DNA of 64,000 nucleotides, from positions 24,898 to 88,897 of the forward strand of contig JBHPFW010000003.1 in assembly GCA_042571645.1 (NCBI GenBank), given 5' to 3'. Shown one piece after another: positions 40,695-50,943 of the stretch. The position numbers and the translations under genes are program-made. This stretch comes from Nanobdellota archaeon. Its GTDB lineage: Archaea; Nanobdellota; Nanobdellia; Woesearchaeales; JBHPFW01. Under the pieces are notes generated by a model, which was given only the letters and a program-made list of their open reading frames with translations, was not told the origin of the DNA and did not search any database. Every line of letters starts with the position of its first letter. The stretch's first letter is position 1.

Positions 40695-42241
40695 AAGAAT
40701 ACAAAACAATATCGAGGGTCGCAGGACCATTAGTATTTGTGGAAAAAACAGAACCAATAGGTTATGGTGAACTTGTTAAACTTCAACTACCAGACGGGAG
40801 CGTAAAAAACGGTCAAGTTTTAGATACGTCAGATGACACGGTGGTTGTCCAGATATTTGAAGGGACTGCAGGTATAGACAAGAAAACAGGAGTCAAGTTT
40901 TTGGGCGAGACAATAAAGCTGGCAGTTTCAGAAGATATGCTTGGCAGAATCCTTAATGGAGCAGGAAAACCAATAGATGGCGGTCCAGACATAATTCCAG
41001 AAAAAAAGACAGACATAATTGGAGCTGCTATCAATCCATATACAAGAGGACCTCCTGCAGATTTTATCCAGACAGGTGTTTCTACAATTGACTGCATGAA
41101 CACATTAGTCAGAGGACAAAAACTACCAATATTTTCTGGTTCAGGATTGCCTCATAATGAGATTGCTTTGCAGATTGCTAGGCAGGCAAAAGTAGTCGGC
41201 CAGGAAAGCAACTTCGTTGTTATATTCGCAGCAATGGGAATTACAAATGAAGAAGCGCAATACTTTATGAAAGATTTTGAGCAAACTGGAGCTTTAGAAA
41301 GAAGTGTTGTTTTCTTGAATTTAGCAGATGATCCAGCAGTAGAGAGATTAGTTACGCCAAGAATGGCTTTAACAGCAGCAGAGTATCTTGCTTATGAAAA
41401 AGATATGCATGTCTTGGTAATATTGACAGACCTAACAAACTATTGTGAAAGTTTGAGGGAAATAGGAGCAGCAAGAGAAGAAATTCCAGGAAGAAGAGGA
41501 TATCCTGGGTACATGTATACTGACTTGGCAACAATCTATGAAAGAGCAGGAATGATAAAGGGCAAACCAGGTTCTATAACCCAGATTCCAATTTTGACAA
41601 TGGTTGGTGATGATATAACACATCCAATTCCTGATCTGACTGGTTACATTACAGAAGGTCAGATAGTATTAGCAAGAGACCTTCATAGAAAAAACCTTTA
41701 TCCGCCAATAAATGTTCTTCCATCTTTGTCGAGGCTGATGAATGCAGGTATTGGCAAAGGTAAAACAAGGGAAGATCACAAGCAAGTTTCAGACCAGATG
41801 TATGCTAACTATGCAGAAGGTGTAGATTTAAGAGGATTAGTTGCTATTGTTGGAGAGGAAGCATTAAGTGATAGAGACAATAGGTTGCTTAAGTTCGCAG
41901 CTAAATTTGAAGATCAGTTTGTAAGACAAGACAAGAGAGAAGACAGAACAATCCAGGACACATTGGGAATAGGTTGGAAATTACTTGGAGATATTCCAGA
42001 AAGAGAACTGACAAGAATCAGCCCAGAGTTTAAGAAGCAGTTTTACAAAGCGAATACTGCAGAAATTGCAGCAATGGCAAAAGAATCAGCTTCTGAAGAA
42101 TCTTCTGAGGAGAAAAAGGAATCCGCTAAAGAAGAAACAACTGAAGAAAAAGTAGAAGTAAAAAAGACTCCTGCAAAAAAATCTTCAGCCAAGAAGCCTG
42201 CAAAAAGGAAATCAGCAAAGAAAAAAGCCAAAAAGAAATAA
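40691..42241 (+). CDS. atpB: A-type ATP synthase subunit B with Glu/Lys-rich tail
   Basis: [29 protein letters not shown] and [11 protein letters not shown] motifs. Confidence 0.98.
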   Translation: MKEYKTISRVAGPLVFVEKTEPIGYGELVKLQLPDGSVKNGQVLDTSDDTVVVQIFEGTAGIDKKTGVKFLGETIKLAVSEDMLGRILNGAGKPIDGGPDIIPEKKTDIIGAAINPYTRGPPADFIQTGVSTIDCMNTLVRGQKLPIFSGSGLPHNEIALQIARQAKVVGQESNFVVIFAAMGITNEEAQYFMKDFEQTGALERSVVFLNLADDPAVERLVTPRMALTAAEYLAYEKDMHVLVILTDLTNYCESLREIGAAREEIPGRRGYPGYMYTDLATIYERAGMIKGKPGSITQIPILTMVGDDITHPIPDLTGYITEGQIVLARDLHRKNLYPPINVLPSLSRLMNAGIGKGKTREDHKQVSDQMYANYAEGVDLRGLVAIVGEEALSDRDNRLLKFAAKFEDQFVRQDKREDRTIQDTLGIGWKLLGDIPERELTRISPEFKKQFYKANTAEIAAMAKESASEESSEEKKESAKEETTEEKVEVKKTPAKKSSAKKPAKRKSAKKKAKKK

Positions 42242-42247
42242 TAAAAA

Positions 42248-43444
42248 ATGGACAACACACATTTAATTGTTGGAGAATTACTGCTTAAGCTTGCAATAAT
42301 TCTTGCATCAGCAAAAGTAGCAAGGATAATTTGCCATAAGATTGATCAGCCAGCTGTGCTTGGAGAGTTAGTTGTTGGAGCATTACTTGGGCCGAGCCTT
42401 TTGAATGTTATTATTCCAGGACAGAGTGAAGTTCTCACATTTCTTGCAGAAATAGGAGTTATTTTGCTATTGTTCCAGGTAGGATTGGAATCAAATATCT
42501 ACCAGCTTCTTAAAGTTGGATTAAGCTCGTCGTTGGTGGCTTTAATTGGCATTATTGCGCCTTTTGGATTGGGTTATCTTTATTTTGCATATGTAAATGG
42601 GGCTAGTAGCTTGATTTCATTATATGTAGCTGCAACACTCACTGCAACATCTGTTGGTGTCACAATGAGAGTATTAAGTGAAATAAAGAAACTTAATAGT
42701 GATGAAGGCAAAATAATACTCGGAGCAGCAGTAATAGATGACATAATTGGCTTAATAATCTTATCTGTTCTTGTTGGTATAACTGAACTAGGCAGAGTGT
42801 CCTTATTGAACATAGGTAAAATATCATTTTATTCTATAACATTCCTTGTGCTTACAGCATATTTGGGAATTAAGTTTGCGCCTAAAGTGCAAAATGCAAT
42901 GCACAAGCTGGTAACTCAAAGAACTTTCATAGTGCCTGCCTTTATTTTTGCAATATTCTGTGCATATCTGGCTAATCTTATAGGTTTGGCAACAATTGTG
43001 GGTGCGTTTGCAGCAGGACTTGTTTTGGAAACAACAAAGGAGAAAAAAGAGATAGAAAAAAGATTAAAGCCAGTGGCAGATTTGTTTGTGCCTGTATTTT
43101 TTGTTATGGCAGGAGCATATTTCAATTGGAAGGCTTTGTTGGAACCAGGAATAATTCCTGTGATTATAATACTTTCAATAATTGCAGTAGTTAGCAAAAT
43201 AGTATCTGGTTTAGGAGTAGTCAGAACAAAAGCAAGCAGATTAGCAGTTGGTGTTGGAATGATTCCTAGAGGAGAAGTAGGCCTGATATTTGCGACTTAC
43301 GGTTTAACAAACGGTATTGTTTCTGCAAGTCTGTATTCAGCTTTGGTTCTTGTTATAATGATCACAACAATAATCCCGCCACCAATTTTGAAGAGGATTA
43401 TGCATGCTAAAACCCAAGTAGAACCGCATACTTTTGTTGACTGA
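42248..43444 (+). CDS. CPA2 cation/proton antiporter (NapA-like)
   Basis: ATSVG, AAVIDD and GMIPRGEVG motifs. Confidence 0.92.
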   Translation: MDNTHLIVGELLLKLAIILASAKVARIICHKIDQPAVLGELVVGALLGPSLLNVIIPGQSEVLTFLAEIGVILLLFQVGLESNIYQLLKVGLSSSLVALIGIIAPFGLGYLYFAYVNGASSLISLYVAATLTATSVGVTMRVLSEIKKLNSDEGKIILGAAVIDDIIGLIILSVLVGITELGRVSLLNIGKISFYSITFLVLTAYLGIKFAPKVQNAMHKLVTQRTFIVPAFIFAIFCAYLANLIGLATIVGAFAAGLVLETTKEKKEIEKRLKPVADLFVPVFFVMAGAYFNWKALLEPGIIPVIIILSIIAVVSKIVSGLGVVRTKASRLAVGVGMIPRGEVGLIFATYGLTNGIVSASLYSALVLVIMITTIIPPPILKRIMHAKTQVEPHTFVD

Positions 43445-43498
43445 ATTAAGACTGATTTAATGATTAATATAATAATAACTGATTAATGCGTGATAAAC

Positions 43499-44113
43499 AT
43501 GGCAATTGATGTAAAACCAACAAGATCTGAGTTAATGAAGCTGAAGAAAAAGATTAAATTAGCTCAGTCAGGATACAATCTGCTTAAGAAAAAAAGGGAC
43601 GGTTTGATATTAGATTTCTTTGAGATAATGAAAAAATCAAAGACACTAAGACAGGAATTAGCAGAGGAGTATAAAATTGCTCTAAAAAAAATTAACCAGG
43701 CCAGAGTAATGGAATCCGATTTGAAGATAAGATCATTAGCTAATGCAATTAAACAAACACCTATGATTGAGCTTGAAACAAAAAACATTATGGGTGTTGT
43801 AGCACCAAAAATCAAGGCAGAAGCAATCCAGAAGCATTTTTTGGAGCGTGGCTATGGTACAGTAAGCAGTTCTGCAGCAATAGATGAAGCAGCATTTGCT
43901 TATGAAAAAGTGCTGGAGAAAATAATAGAAGCAGCTGAAGTAGAAACATCAATGAAAAAACTGCTTAAAGAAATCGAGAAAACAAAGAGAAGAGTAAATG
44001 CATTAGAGTTTTCTGTTATTCCAAAAATGGAAGATGTTAAAGCATTTATCACTTTGCGTCTTGAAGAGATGGAAAGAGAGAATGTCTTTAGAATGAAGAG
44101 GATAAAGGCTTAA
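43499..44113 (+). CDS. atpD: A-type ATP synthase subunit D
   Basis: PTRSEL, LLKKKRD and TKRRVNALE motifs. Confidence 0.96.
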   Translation: MAIDVKPTRSELMKLKKKIKLAQSGYNLLKKKRDGLILDFFEIMKKSKTLRQELAEEYKIALKKINQARVMESDLKIRSLANAIKQTPMIELETKNIMGVVAPKIKAEAIQKHFLERGYGTVSSSAAIDEAAFAYEKVLEKIIEAAEVETSMKKLLKEIEKTKRRVNALEFSVIPKMEDVKAFITLRLEEMERENVFRMKRIKA

Positions 44114-44170
44114 TAATAATTGAATTCTAAAAACAATTAAGAATAATAAACAGCAATAGGTGATGAAGAA

Positions 44171-45367
44171 ATGGCATATCAATTAAGAGCAGAAGCACCA
44201 GAAGTAGCTCCGAGTATTCTTGTAGACACGAAGATTGATTACAGGGTTTTAATACCTAGACTAAGAAATCTGGTTTTAGGGCATTATGAGTTTGACTCAA
44301 AAAAGACACTTCCGTGCAGATCATTTTGTTCTGATGAGACGCAGATGGTAATAGCTGATCTTCTTTCAAGTTATTTTGGTGCTAGACCATTTAATTTTGG
44401 AAGAGTAGGAGCTTTGTTGGCTTTAGACAGAAGTCCGGCAGCTGCTCATCATGGAAAGAATTTGGTTATTGTATCAGCAGCTCATGTTGGTTATGATCCA
44501 AATGCATCTAATTCTGCAGAACAATATGGGAGAATTTTCAGGCCTCAGATGGATTGTTCAGTGGATGATGATCATTCGCATAGTTCTTGTTGTGGAAAAA
44601 TTGTAGGTACTATAACTCCGTTTAAAGAGTCATATGACAGAACTTCACAGGATAAATTACATCTTATAAAGAAAGAAGTTGGGGGTACTGAAAAATATTG
44701 CATTGTGATAAACAATTCCAGACTTGCGCCTTTTAATGATGATAAAATTTTAGAGCTTCACCTTGAGAAATTACTCAAATTCAAGAATGATTCTCCTGTT
44801 GAGATTGATAGAGAAGCAAACAGCATTATTTATGAAGCAAACCCCGGATTTGTTGAAGATATTGGTGAAGAGAATTTCTTAGCAGACAAGCCTACTCCTA
44901 TAGGTAAGAATTTGACTGGGAAATACTTCGATTTCAGGAGGGAAGTCATAAAAGAAAATGAGGACGGCAGTCACTTAATACTGAAAGGACTTCTTCCATA
45001 TATGAATAGAGTAGTAACTTCAGATATTCCCTCATTTGAAGCAGCAAGAATTGTTTCTTGGGGAGAATTCGGTAAAGCAGTTAATGCATTTGGACATCAT
45101 ACTTCAGAGTTAGATCTTGGAGAAAGATCAATCTTTCTTATAAGCGGCATAAATCTGGATTATTTTGACCATGAAGCAGCCAAGATAAACCCTCTTGCAG
45201 GAAACCAGGTTTATTTTATACCAATGGCGGCATATGTCAAAAATATTGATGATCCAAATCACCCCGATGGTCAGGTGTTAGAAAGAGAGGAACTTCTTGA
45301 TTTGTTATTAAAACAAGAAGCTACAGCTGAAAGATTCTCATTAGATGAAGTTCTTGAGTTGGGATAA
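44171..45367 (+). CDS. LCIB-like beta-carbonic-anhydrase-family protein (putative)
   Basis: CSDE, HVG and CCG in the order of the LCIB zinc site (Cys/His/Cys plus Asp). Confidence 0.6.
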   Translation: MAYQLRAEAPEVAPSILVDTKIDYRVLIPRLRNLVLGHYEFDSKKTLPCRSFCSDETQMVIADLLSSYFGARPFNFGRVGALLALDRSPAAAHHGKNLVIVSAAHVGYDPNASNSAEQYGRIFRPQMDCSVDDDHSHSSCCGKIVGTITPFKESYDRTSQDKLHLIKKEVGGTEKYCIVINNSRLAPFNDDKILELHLEKLLKFKNDSPVEIDREANSIIYEANPGFVEDIGEENFLADKPTPIGKNLTGKYFDFRREVIKENEDGSHLILKGLLPYMNRVVTSDIPSFEAARIVSWGEFGKAVNAFGHHTSELDLGERSIFLISGINLDYFDHEAAKINPLAGNQVYFIPMAAYVKNIDDPNHPDGQVLEREELLDLLLKQEATAERFSLDEVLELG

Positions 45368-45473
45368 TTTACAAGCATTTTTTTAGTTGTTTATTTCTTT
45401 ATTTTTATAATATTCCCTTATCAATGCTGGATCATTGAAAAGCTTTTTAAACTAATTCTGAATTTCAAACTAT

Positions 45474-46529
45474 ATGGCTTTAACAAAAAAACAAATTGAG
45501 CAAATTAGGAAAGAATTGGATGAGTGCAATAATCCATTGTTCTTTTTTGATGATGATGCAGACGGACTATGTTCATTTCTTTTGCTTTATAGGCATAAAC
45601 AGGAAGGAAAAGGCGTTCCTATGAAAACACTGCCTGTTTTGGGTATGAAATTATTCCCTAAAATTGAGGAATACTCTCCTGACAAAATCTTTGTGCTTGA
45701 TATACCCATGATTGATCAGGAATTTCTTGATGAAATTGCAAAATTAAAGATTCCTGTAATTTGGATAGATCATCATGGTCCTTATGAACGTGAGCATGTC
45801 AAATACTTTAATCCTAGGGTTGATAATCCTGAAGAAAGTCCTTGTGTGACATCCATATGTTATGAAGTTGTTGATGAGCCAGAGGATTTATGGTTAGCTG
45901 CCATAGGAATTGTGGCAGATTGGCAGTTTATGCCTATATTAGATGATTTTTCTAAAAAATATTCTGATTTATTGCCTGCTGAAATAAAAAAACCAGAAGA
46001 TGCATTGTTTGCTTCAAAGTTAGGCAAGTTTGTTAAGATATTTTCTTTTATCTTAAAGGGAAAACTAAGCGAAGTTTACAAATGTGTGAAGATTCTCACT
46101 AGAATAAAAGATCCTTATGAAATTCTTGAAAAGAAAACAGCACAAGGAAAATACATTTATGACAAATACCAAGAAGTAAATTCTGTTTATGATGAACTTC
46201 TTAATGAGGCAAAAGCACAAAAACCAAAAGACAATGTGTTAAAGTATATTTACGACGAGAGTAATAGCAGTTTTACAAAAGAACTTTCAAATGAGCTTTT
46301 GTATCTTCATCCTGATAATGTAATTCTTGTTGCCAGAGACAAATCCGGCGAGATAAAGATGAGTTTGAGGTCAAGCAAACATAATCTAAAGCCTGCTTTA
46401 CAGAAAGCATTAGTTGGTGTTGAGGGCTATGGTGGTGGGCATGAACATGCTTCGGGAGCTTGTGTCAAGAAAGAAGATTTTGAAGTGTTCTTGGAACAGT
46501 TGAAAGAAGCTTTGAAGGAGCAGGAATGA
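45474..46529 (+). CDS. DHH/DHHA1 phosphoesterase
   Basis: DDADG, LD, IDHH, SLRS and GGGH..ASG motifs. Confidence 0.9.
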   Translation: MALTKKQIEQIRKELDECNNPLFFFDDDADGLCSFLLLYRHKQEGKGVPMKTLPVLGMKLFPKIEEYSPDKIFVLDIPMIDQEFLDEIAKLKIPVIWIDHHGPYEREHVKYFNPRVDNPEESPCVTSICYEVVDEPEDLWLAAIGIVADWQFMPILDDFSKKYSDLLPAEIKKPEDALFASKLGKFVKIFSFILKGKLSEVYKCVKILTRIKDPYEILEKKTAQGKYIYDKYQEVNSVYDELLNEAKAQKPKDNVLKYIYDESNSSFTKELSNELLYLHPDNVILVARDKSGEIKMSLRSSKHNLKPALQKALVGVEGYGGGHEHASGACVKKEDFEVFLEQLKEALKEQE

Positions 46530-46614
46530 AGGAATTAAAACTTCGTTTGATACAGTCACATAGGTGAATTCTGAGTTAGAAAAACTTTATAAACAATATT
46601 AATTCAATTAAAAC

Positions 46615-47028
46615 ATGCTCAAAAAAATCATATCTTTAGTAAGTAGAAAATTTTTAGGGAGGGGTTTCTCCTTAGTGATTAATATACATCCTGAAATGTC
46701 AAAAAAAGAACAGAATGAATTAAGAAAAATAATTCTTAAAGAAACCAATTTAAACAAATATTTTAATAAAATTCGAATAAAATTCAAATCAAGTATGATC
46801 ATAAAAAAGAAAGTGCGAACAGATACAACCAACTTAAAAATTACATGCGAAGAAACTAATTTTTACATAACAAAATTTGAAAAAACAGAATTTTATGAAA
46901 AAATTCAGAATGAAGTTTTAAATCAGATAAAAAAACAATTAAATAAAAGAAATCATAAAATAATTGAAAAACCTCTTTTTGCATTTCGATATAACAAATC
47001 ATTAGATTCTGAAAATATGTTACCTTAA
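46615..47028 (+). CDS. hypothetical basic protein
   Basis: 137 aa, very AT-rich ORF with a TATA box upstream. Confidence 0.5.
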   Translation: MLKKIISLVSRKFLGRGFSLVINIHPEMSKKEQNELRKIILKETNLNKYFNKIRIKFKSSMIIKKKVRTDTTNLKITCEETNFYITKFEKTEFYEKIQNEVLNQIKKQLNKRNHKIIEKPLFAFRYNKSLDSENMLP

Positions 47029-47057
47029 TTAAGAAAAATAAAATATTTGAAAAATTA

Positions 47058-48599
47058 TCATTTATTTCTTGATCTGTCTCGAGAGCTATTACTTTTGTTA
47101 TCGTTTCTGTTGCTTCCGGATCTTGACCTATCGCTTTTATTGTCGCTTCTGTTGCTGCCTCTGCTGCTGTCATTTCTGTTGCTTCTTGCTCCGGATCTAT
47201 CGCTTCTACTATCACTTCTATTACTTCTTCCGCCTGATCTGTTGCTGTTTCCATCTCCGGATCTTTTATTGCTGCTTTGTCCTCTGCTAGAACTTCTATT
47301 GCTATCGCTTCGTCCTCCGCTGCTTCTATTTCCAGATCTGCCAGAACTGTCATTGCCACTACTTCTTCTGTCTCCAGATCGTCTATTTCCAAATCCACCT
47401 CTAGATTGTCCAGAAGATCTACGGCCTCTAGAGAATCCACCTCTAGAATCTCCACGTCTATCATCATCTCTTTGGCCAACATCAAATCTTAATTGAGGAA
47501 AATCTTCTTTCTCAAGCATTTCGATAGGGGTTGGGTTTTTGTCAACTATTTCTCTGAATACAAAATGGTCTTTATCACTCAATAGAGTTATTGCTTTTCC
47601 AGTTTTTCCAGCTCTTGCAGTTCTTCCAACTCTATGAATATATTCTTCTGGGTCATCAGAAAGATCATAATTATATACATGGGATACATGTTCGATGTGC
47701 AAGCCTCTTGCTGCAACTGCAGAAGCCACTAGTATATCAAATTTATTTTTGTTAAAATCATCAATTACAGCAGTTCTTCTGTGTTGGGTTAGCTTTCCAT
47801 GAATGCTTTCAACTTTAAAGCCTTGTTTCCTGAGGTTTTTTGAAACAATATCAACTGTTCTTCTAGTTGCGCAGAATACAATAACTCTTCCAGCTGTTTC
47901 TTTTTTTAGTAAATGAACCAGATAAGAAAATTTCTCATTATGTTTTAAATTGTAATAATATTGCTCCAAAAACTCTTCTTTAACATGACTCTCAGTCCTG
48001 ATTGTTTCTGGGTTGTTCATATATCTTTTCTTGATTATTGAAACATCTTTCTTAGTTGTTGCTCCAAAAAGAAGAACCTGGCGTTCATTAGGAGTGTAGT
48101 TGATAATTCTTGTGATGTCTTCTATGAAACCCATTTCTGCCATCTTGTCTGCTTCATCTAGAATAACGCATTTAATCTTTGAAAGATTTAAAGTTCTTCT
48201 TTCAAGATGATCCAGCAGTCTACCTGGTGTTCCCACGACAATTTGTGATCTTGCAATACTTTCCATCTGAGGATTAATAGCAACTCCTCCATAAACTGTG
48301 GCAACTTTACAATCAACATATTTTGCGAATTTTCTCAATTCTTCTCCAATCTGCACAGCAAGTTCTCTTGTCGGGCAAAGAATAAGAATCTGCACACCTT
48401 TTTTTGGCTCAACCATTTCAATAGCTGGCACACCAAATGCAGCAGTTTTTCCAGAGCCAGTCTTTGATATACCAACAAGATGTTTTCCAGATTTTATCAG
48501 AGCTATTGTTTCTTCTTGTATTGGTGTTGGATCGGTTATGTTAATTTCTTTTAATGCTTTTATTATTTCAGGCCTAACGCCTAGTTTTTCAAATGTCAT
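47058..48599 (-). CDS. DEAD-box RNA helicase with R/S/G/N/D-rich repetitive tail
   Basis: TGSGKT, PTRELA, DEAD and HRVGRTAR motifs, followed by a low-complexity C-terminus. Confidence 0.95.
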   Translation of the reverse strand: MTFEKLGVRPEIIKALKEINITDPTPIQEETIALIKSGKHLVGISKTGSGKTAAFGVPAIEMVEPKKGVQILILCPTRELAVQIGEELRKFAKYVDCKVATVYGGVAINPQMESIARSQIVVGTPGRLLDHLERRTLNLSKIKCVILDEADKMAEMGFIEDITRIINYTPNERQVLLFGATTKKDVSIIKKRYMNNPETIRTESHVKEEFLEQYYYNLKHNEKFSYLVHLLKKETAGRVIVFCATRRTVDIVSKNLRKQGFKVESIHGKLTQHRRTAVIDDFNKNKFDILVASAVAARGLHIEHVSHVYNYDLSDDPEEYIHRVGRTARAGKTGKAITLLSDKDHFVFREIVDKNPTPIEMLEKEDFPQLRFDVGQRDDDRRGDSRGGFSRGRRSSGQSRGGFGNRRSGDRRSSGNDSSGRSGNRSSGGRSDSNRSSSRGQSSNKRSGDGNSNRSGGRSNRSDSRSDRSGARSNRNDSSRGSNRSDNKSDRSRSGSNRNDNKSNSSRDRSRNK

Positions 48600-48808
48600 G
48601 TTTATTCCTCTGTATTCTTAATTCTATTAAGTATAATGTCAATTACATGCAAAAATCTGTACTTGATTTTTTGGTGTATAGTGAAACAGAATGAGTATAT
48701 TTTGAGTTACACCATCTGTTTCTGACGTTTACTATCAATATTACTATAGTTTTGTGGATTCATATATAAACCTATGCTTTTTTTTAATCTAGAAATAGTG
48801 AAAAAAGG

Positions 48809-48943
48809 TGCGTCGGCCGGGAATTTCGTGAATATTTGCCTATGCAATATATTATTCGAACCCGGATCAACGGCTTGGAAGGCCGCTATACTTTATGGCA
48901 ATTCCTACAAATTAGGCAATTGTAGCCATTGTACTACCGACGC
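48809..48943 (-). tRNA. tRNA-Gly(UCC) with two non-canonical introns (D-loop 48893-48923; T-loop 48823-48854)
   Basis: Acceptor GCGTCGG/CCGACGC, anticodon arm GCGGC-CTTCCAA-GCCGT and T arm CCGGG/CCCGG. Both inserts form bulge-helix-bulge motifs (ATGG/CCAT; TTCG/CGAA). Confidence 0.92.
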
Positions 48944-48976
48944 ATGAACTCAAGGAAAGACAAGTCATTTATAAAG

Positions 48977-49816
48977 TTAATGCCCTTTTCTCATAAACTT
49001 TTTGTATCTTAATAAGTGCTTTGTATTTGCAGGGCTTATTTCAGAAAAGAATTTGCCGCTTTGATTATATAAATAGAGGTTTTTACCGCTAATAGAAGGT
49101 CTGAAGCCTAAATTCTCAAAACCCTTCCTGACCTCTTCCAAAAAGGCTTTATCCCTGCTTATTATGGATACTACGCTCTCATTTCTTCGTAAATAAATGC
49201 TCCCATCAGTATCAAACAAGCCCCTTAGATAGCTTTGTAGAAATTTCTTATTTAGTTTTATCTTTTTAGGGATATGCAATTTTCTCATCTTCTTGCCTAG
49301 TGGCAACTTATATCTCCCAGTTAAAAACTCAGACAATTCTTTTGAGTTAATAACGCATCTTAGATTATTGTTTGGTTTATATTTCTTAATCTTAACATTA
49401 ACGTTGAATAAGTTTCTGAACAAAAGAGATACTCTTCCTAGAATGTAATCTTTATCTGCCATTAAATGACCGCTAACAACTATTTCATAATTGTATTTAG
49501 AAATGTGACCGTCGCCTGCTAGTATTCCTATCAACTCAGCTAAATGTTCATTAAGAGATGGTTTTTTGATCGTCTCAACTTTATTTCGAATTTCAACATA
49601 ATTGTTATAACTTTTCCTCAGTCTTGAAATATTACAAAGCTTTTCATAATTCTCTTTTGGAATCTTAGATGAACCGTCAAGATAGACAAAAATCATACTT
49701 CTGCTAATTCCCAAGAAAGAGGCAAGTTTTTCCCAGCTAAGACTGGTGCGTTCTTTAACTGATCTCATAAATCTAGTTTGCTCTTTTTTGTTGAAGTTTA
49801 TATATTTCATTTTCAC
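48977..49816 (-). CDS. free-standing LAGLIDADG (DOD) endonuclease with N-terminal HTH
   Basis: LIGILAGDG and YLRGLFDTDG motifs, plus the HTH WEKLASFLGISRSMI. Confidence 0.9.
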   Translation of the reverse strand: MKMKYINFNKKEQTRFMRSVKERTSLSWEKLASFLGISRSMIFVYLDGSSKIPKENYEKLCNISRLRKSYNNYVEIRNKVETIKKPSLNEHLAELIGILAGDGHISKYNYEIVVSGHLMADKDYILGRVSLLFRNLFNVNVKIKKYKPNNNLRCVINSKELSEFLTGRYKLPLGKKMRKLHIPKKIKLNKKFLQSYLRGLFDTDGSIYLRRNESVVSIISRDKAFLEEVRKGFENLGFRPSISGKNLYLYNQSGKFFSEISPANTKHLLRYKKFMRKGH

Positions 49817-49900
49817 TAATTAGCAAATGAAATATATAAAACCTTCTATTAAACCTAACCATTAGACTGTTAAAGAAGTTATTCAATCATAAAGGTTTAT

Positions 49901-49955
49901 TAACCATTGTACTACCGACGCATATGGTTTAAGGGAGAAATAGGGGATTTATAAA
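49901..49955 (-). repeat. second copy of tRNA-Gly exon 1 with its own TATA box
   Basis: CCATTGTACTACCGACGCAT at 49904-49923 is identical to 48926-48945. TTTATAAA lies 27 nt upstream, versus 25 nt for the intact gene. Confidence 0.9.
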
Positions 49956-50034
49956 GGTTTCTTAGGCTTTTATTGGTCTTTTTTTCATATCTCCAACCAA
50001 CAACTATTTAAATAATGACTACTTCCCGGTAGTT

Positions 50035-50940
50035 ATGATAATCGATTTAGGTCATAGCAAGGTCATCAAAGAGTACTTTTCAGAGTTTGACATGGCTCAA
50101 CAAATCATTGATCGGCTAGAGCCTCAAGAAATGCCGCCAATTGAGTTTGGATGCCCCAATGATGAAAAGTTTCATAGAACACAATCAACTGAAGACAGTG
50201 ATTTTGATGAGAGAAGGAAATGGAGGAAAGATCAACTAATAAAACTCACTAATTTTTTATGGGAATATTATAATCTTCCAAGAGAAAATATTACAGAATA
50301 TGGTGCTGGTTCTACAGGATATTATTGGGCAAACTTAAGACCAAAAGGCATTGAGGATTGGTTGCAAGTAGATATAAACCCATTAGCAAATAAAGAGAAT
50401 GGGAGAAGAAATCCCGGTGCAAAAATTATCGAGGGGTCTTGTTATGATATTCCGTCTAGGGGTTGTCATCTTATAACAGGATTAGCTCTTCTCGATACAG
50501 TTTCTGACATACCTTTGGCCGTTGATCAAATTGCGGAAGCATTAGCTGAAGGAGGATACCTTTTCCATATTCTGGATAACTATCCAGGTCATCGTGGTGT
50601 TAAGGAGTATTTAATCGCTAGTCGTGGAAGTATTCCGGAGGAGGGGTTTAGAGCGAAATTCAGGGGTAATATATTTGCCCAGCCAACAATTCTAGGATTT
50701 GTAATAGACCAGAAGAGAGAAACTCTTATTAATCTTTTTAGAGATGCAATGGGGGATGCAATCAAGAAGCAACCAAGTCTCGATTTAATAGCAAATGACT
50801 ATTTTACTTATAGTGAGCCTATAGACCGTCCAGAACATCAAGCTTTATTTATGGGGTTGAGATATGAGAACCCTGCTGAAAAGGGAGTAAAAACCACCAC
50901 TGCTCTTATTACTCTAGCTCAAAAAAAAGAAGTTTATTGA
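50035..50940 (+). CDS. class I SAM-dependent methyltransferase-like protein
   Basis: TEYGAGS motif I, VDIN, and L..GGYL. Confidence 0.6.
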   Translation: MIIDLGHSKVIKEYFSEFDMAQQIIDRLEPQEMPPIEFGCPNDEKFHRTQSTEDSDFDERRKWRKDQLIKLTNFLWEYYNLPRENITEYGAGSTGYYWANLRPKGIEDWLQVDINPLANKENGRRNPGAKIIEGSCYDIPSRGCHLITGLALLDTVSDIPLAVDQIAEALAEGGYLFHILDNYPGHRGVKEYLIASRGSIPEEGFRAKFRGNIFAQPTILGFVIDQKRETLINLFRDAMGDAIKKQPSLDLIANDYFTYSEPIDRPEHQALFMGLRYENPAEKGVKTTTALITLAQKKEVY

Positions 50941-50943
50941 CAA

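Noticed and set aside
38804..42241. Inteins in AtpA/AtpB as the source of the LAGLIDADG domains
   Set aside because: Both subunits have uninterrupted cores, and the two LAGLIDADG ORFs lack intein splicing termini.
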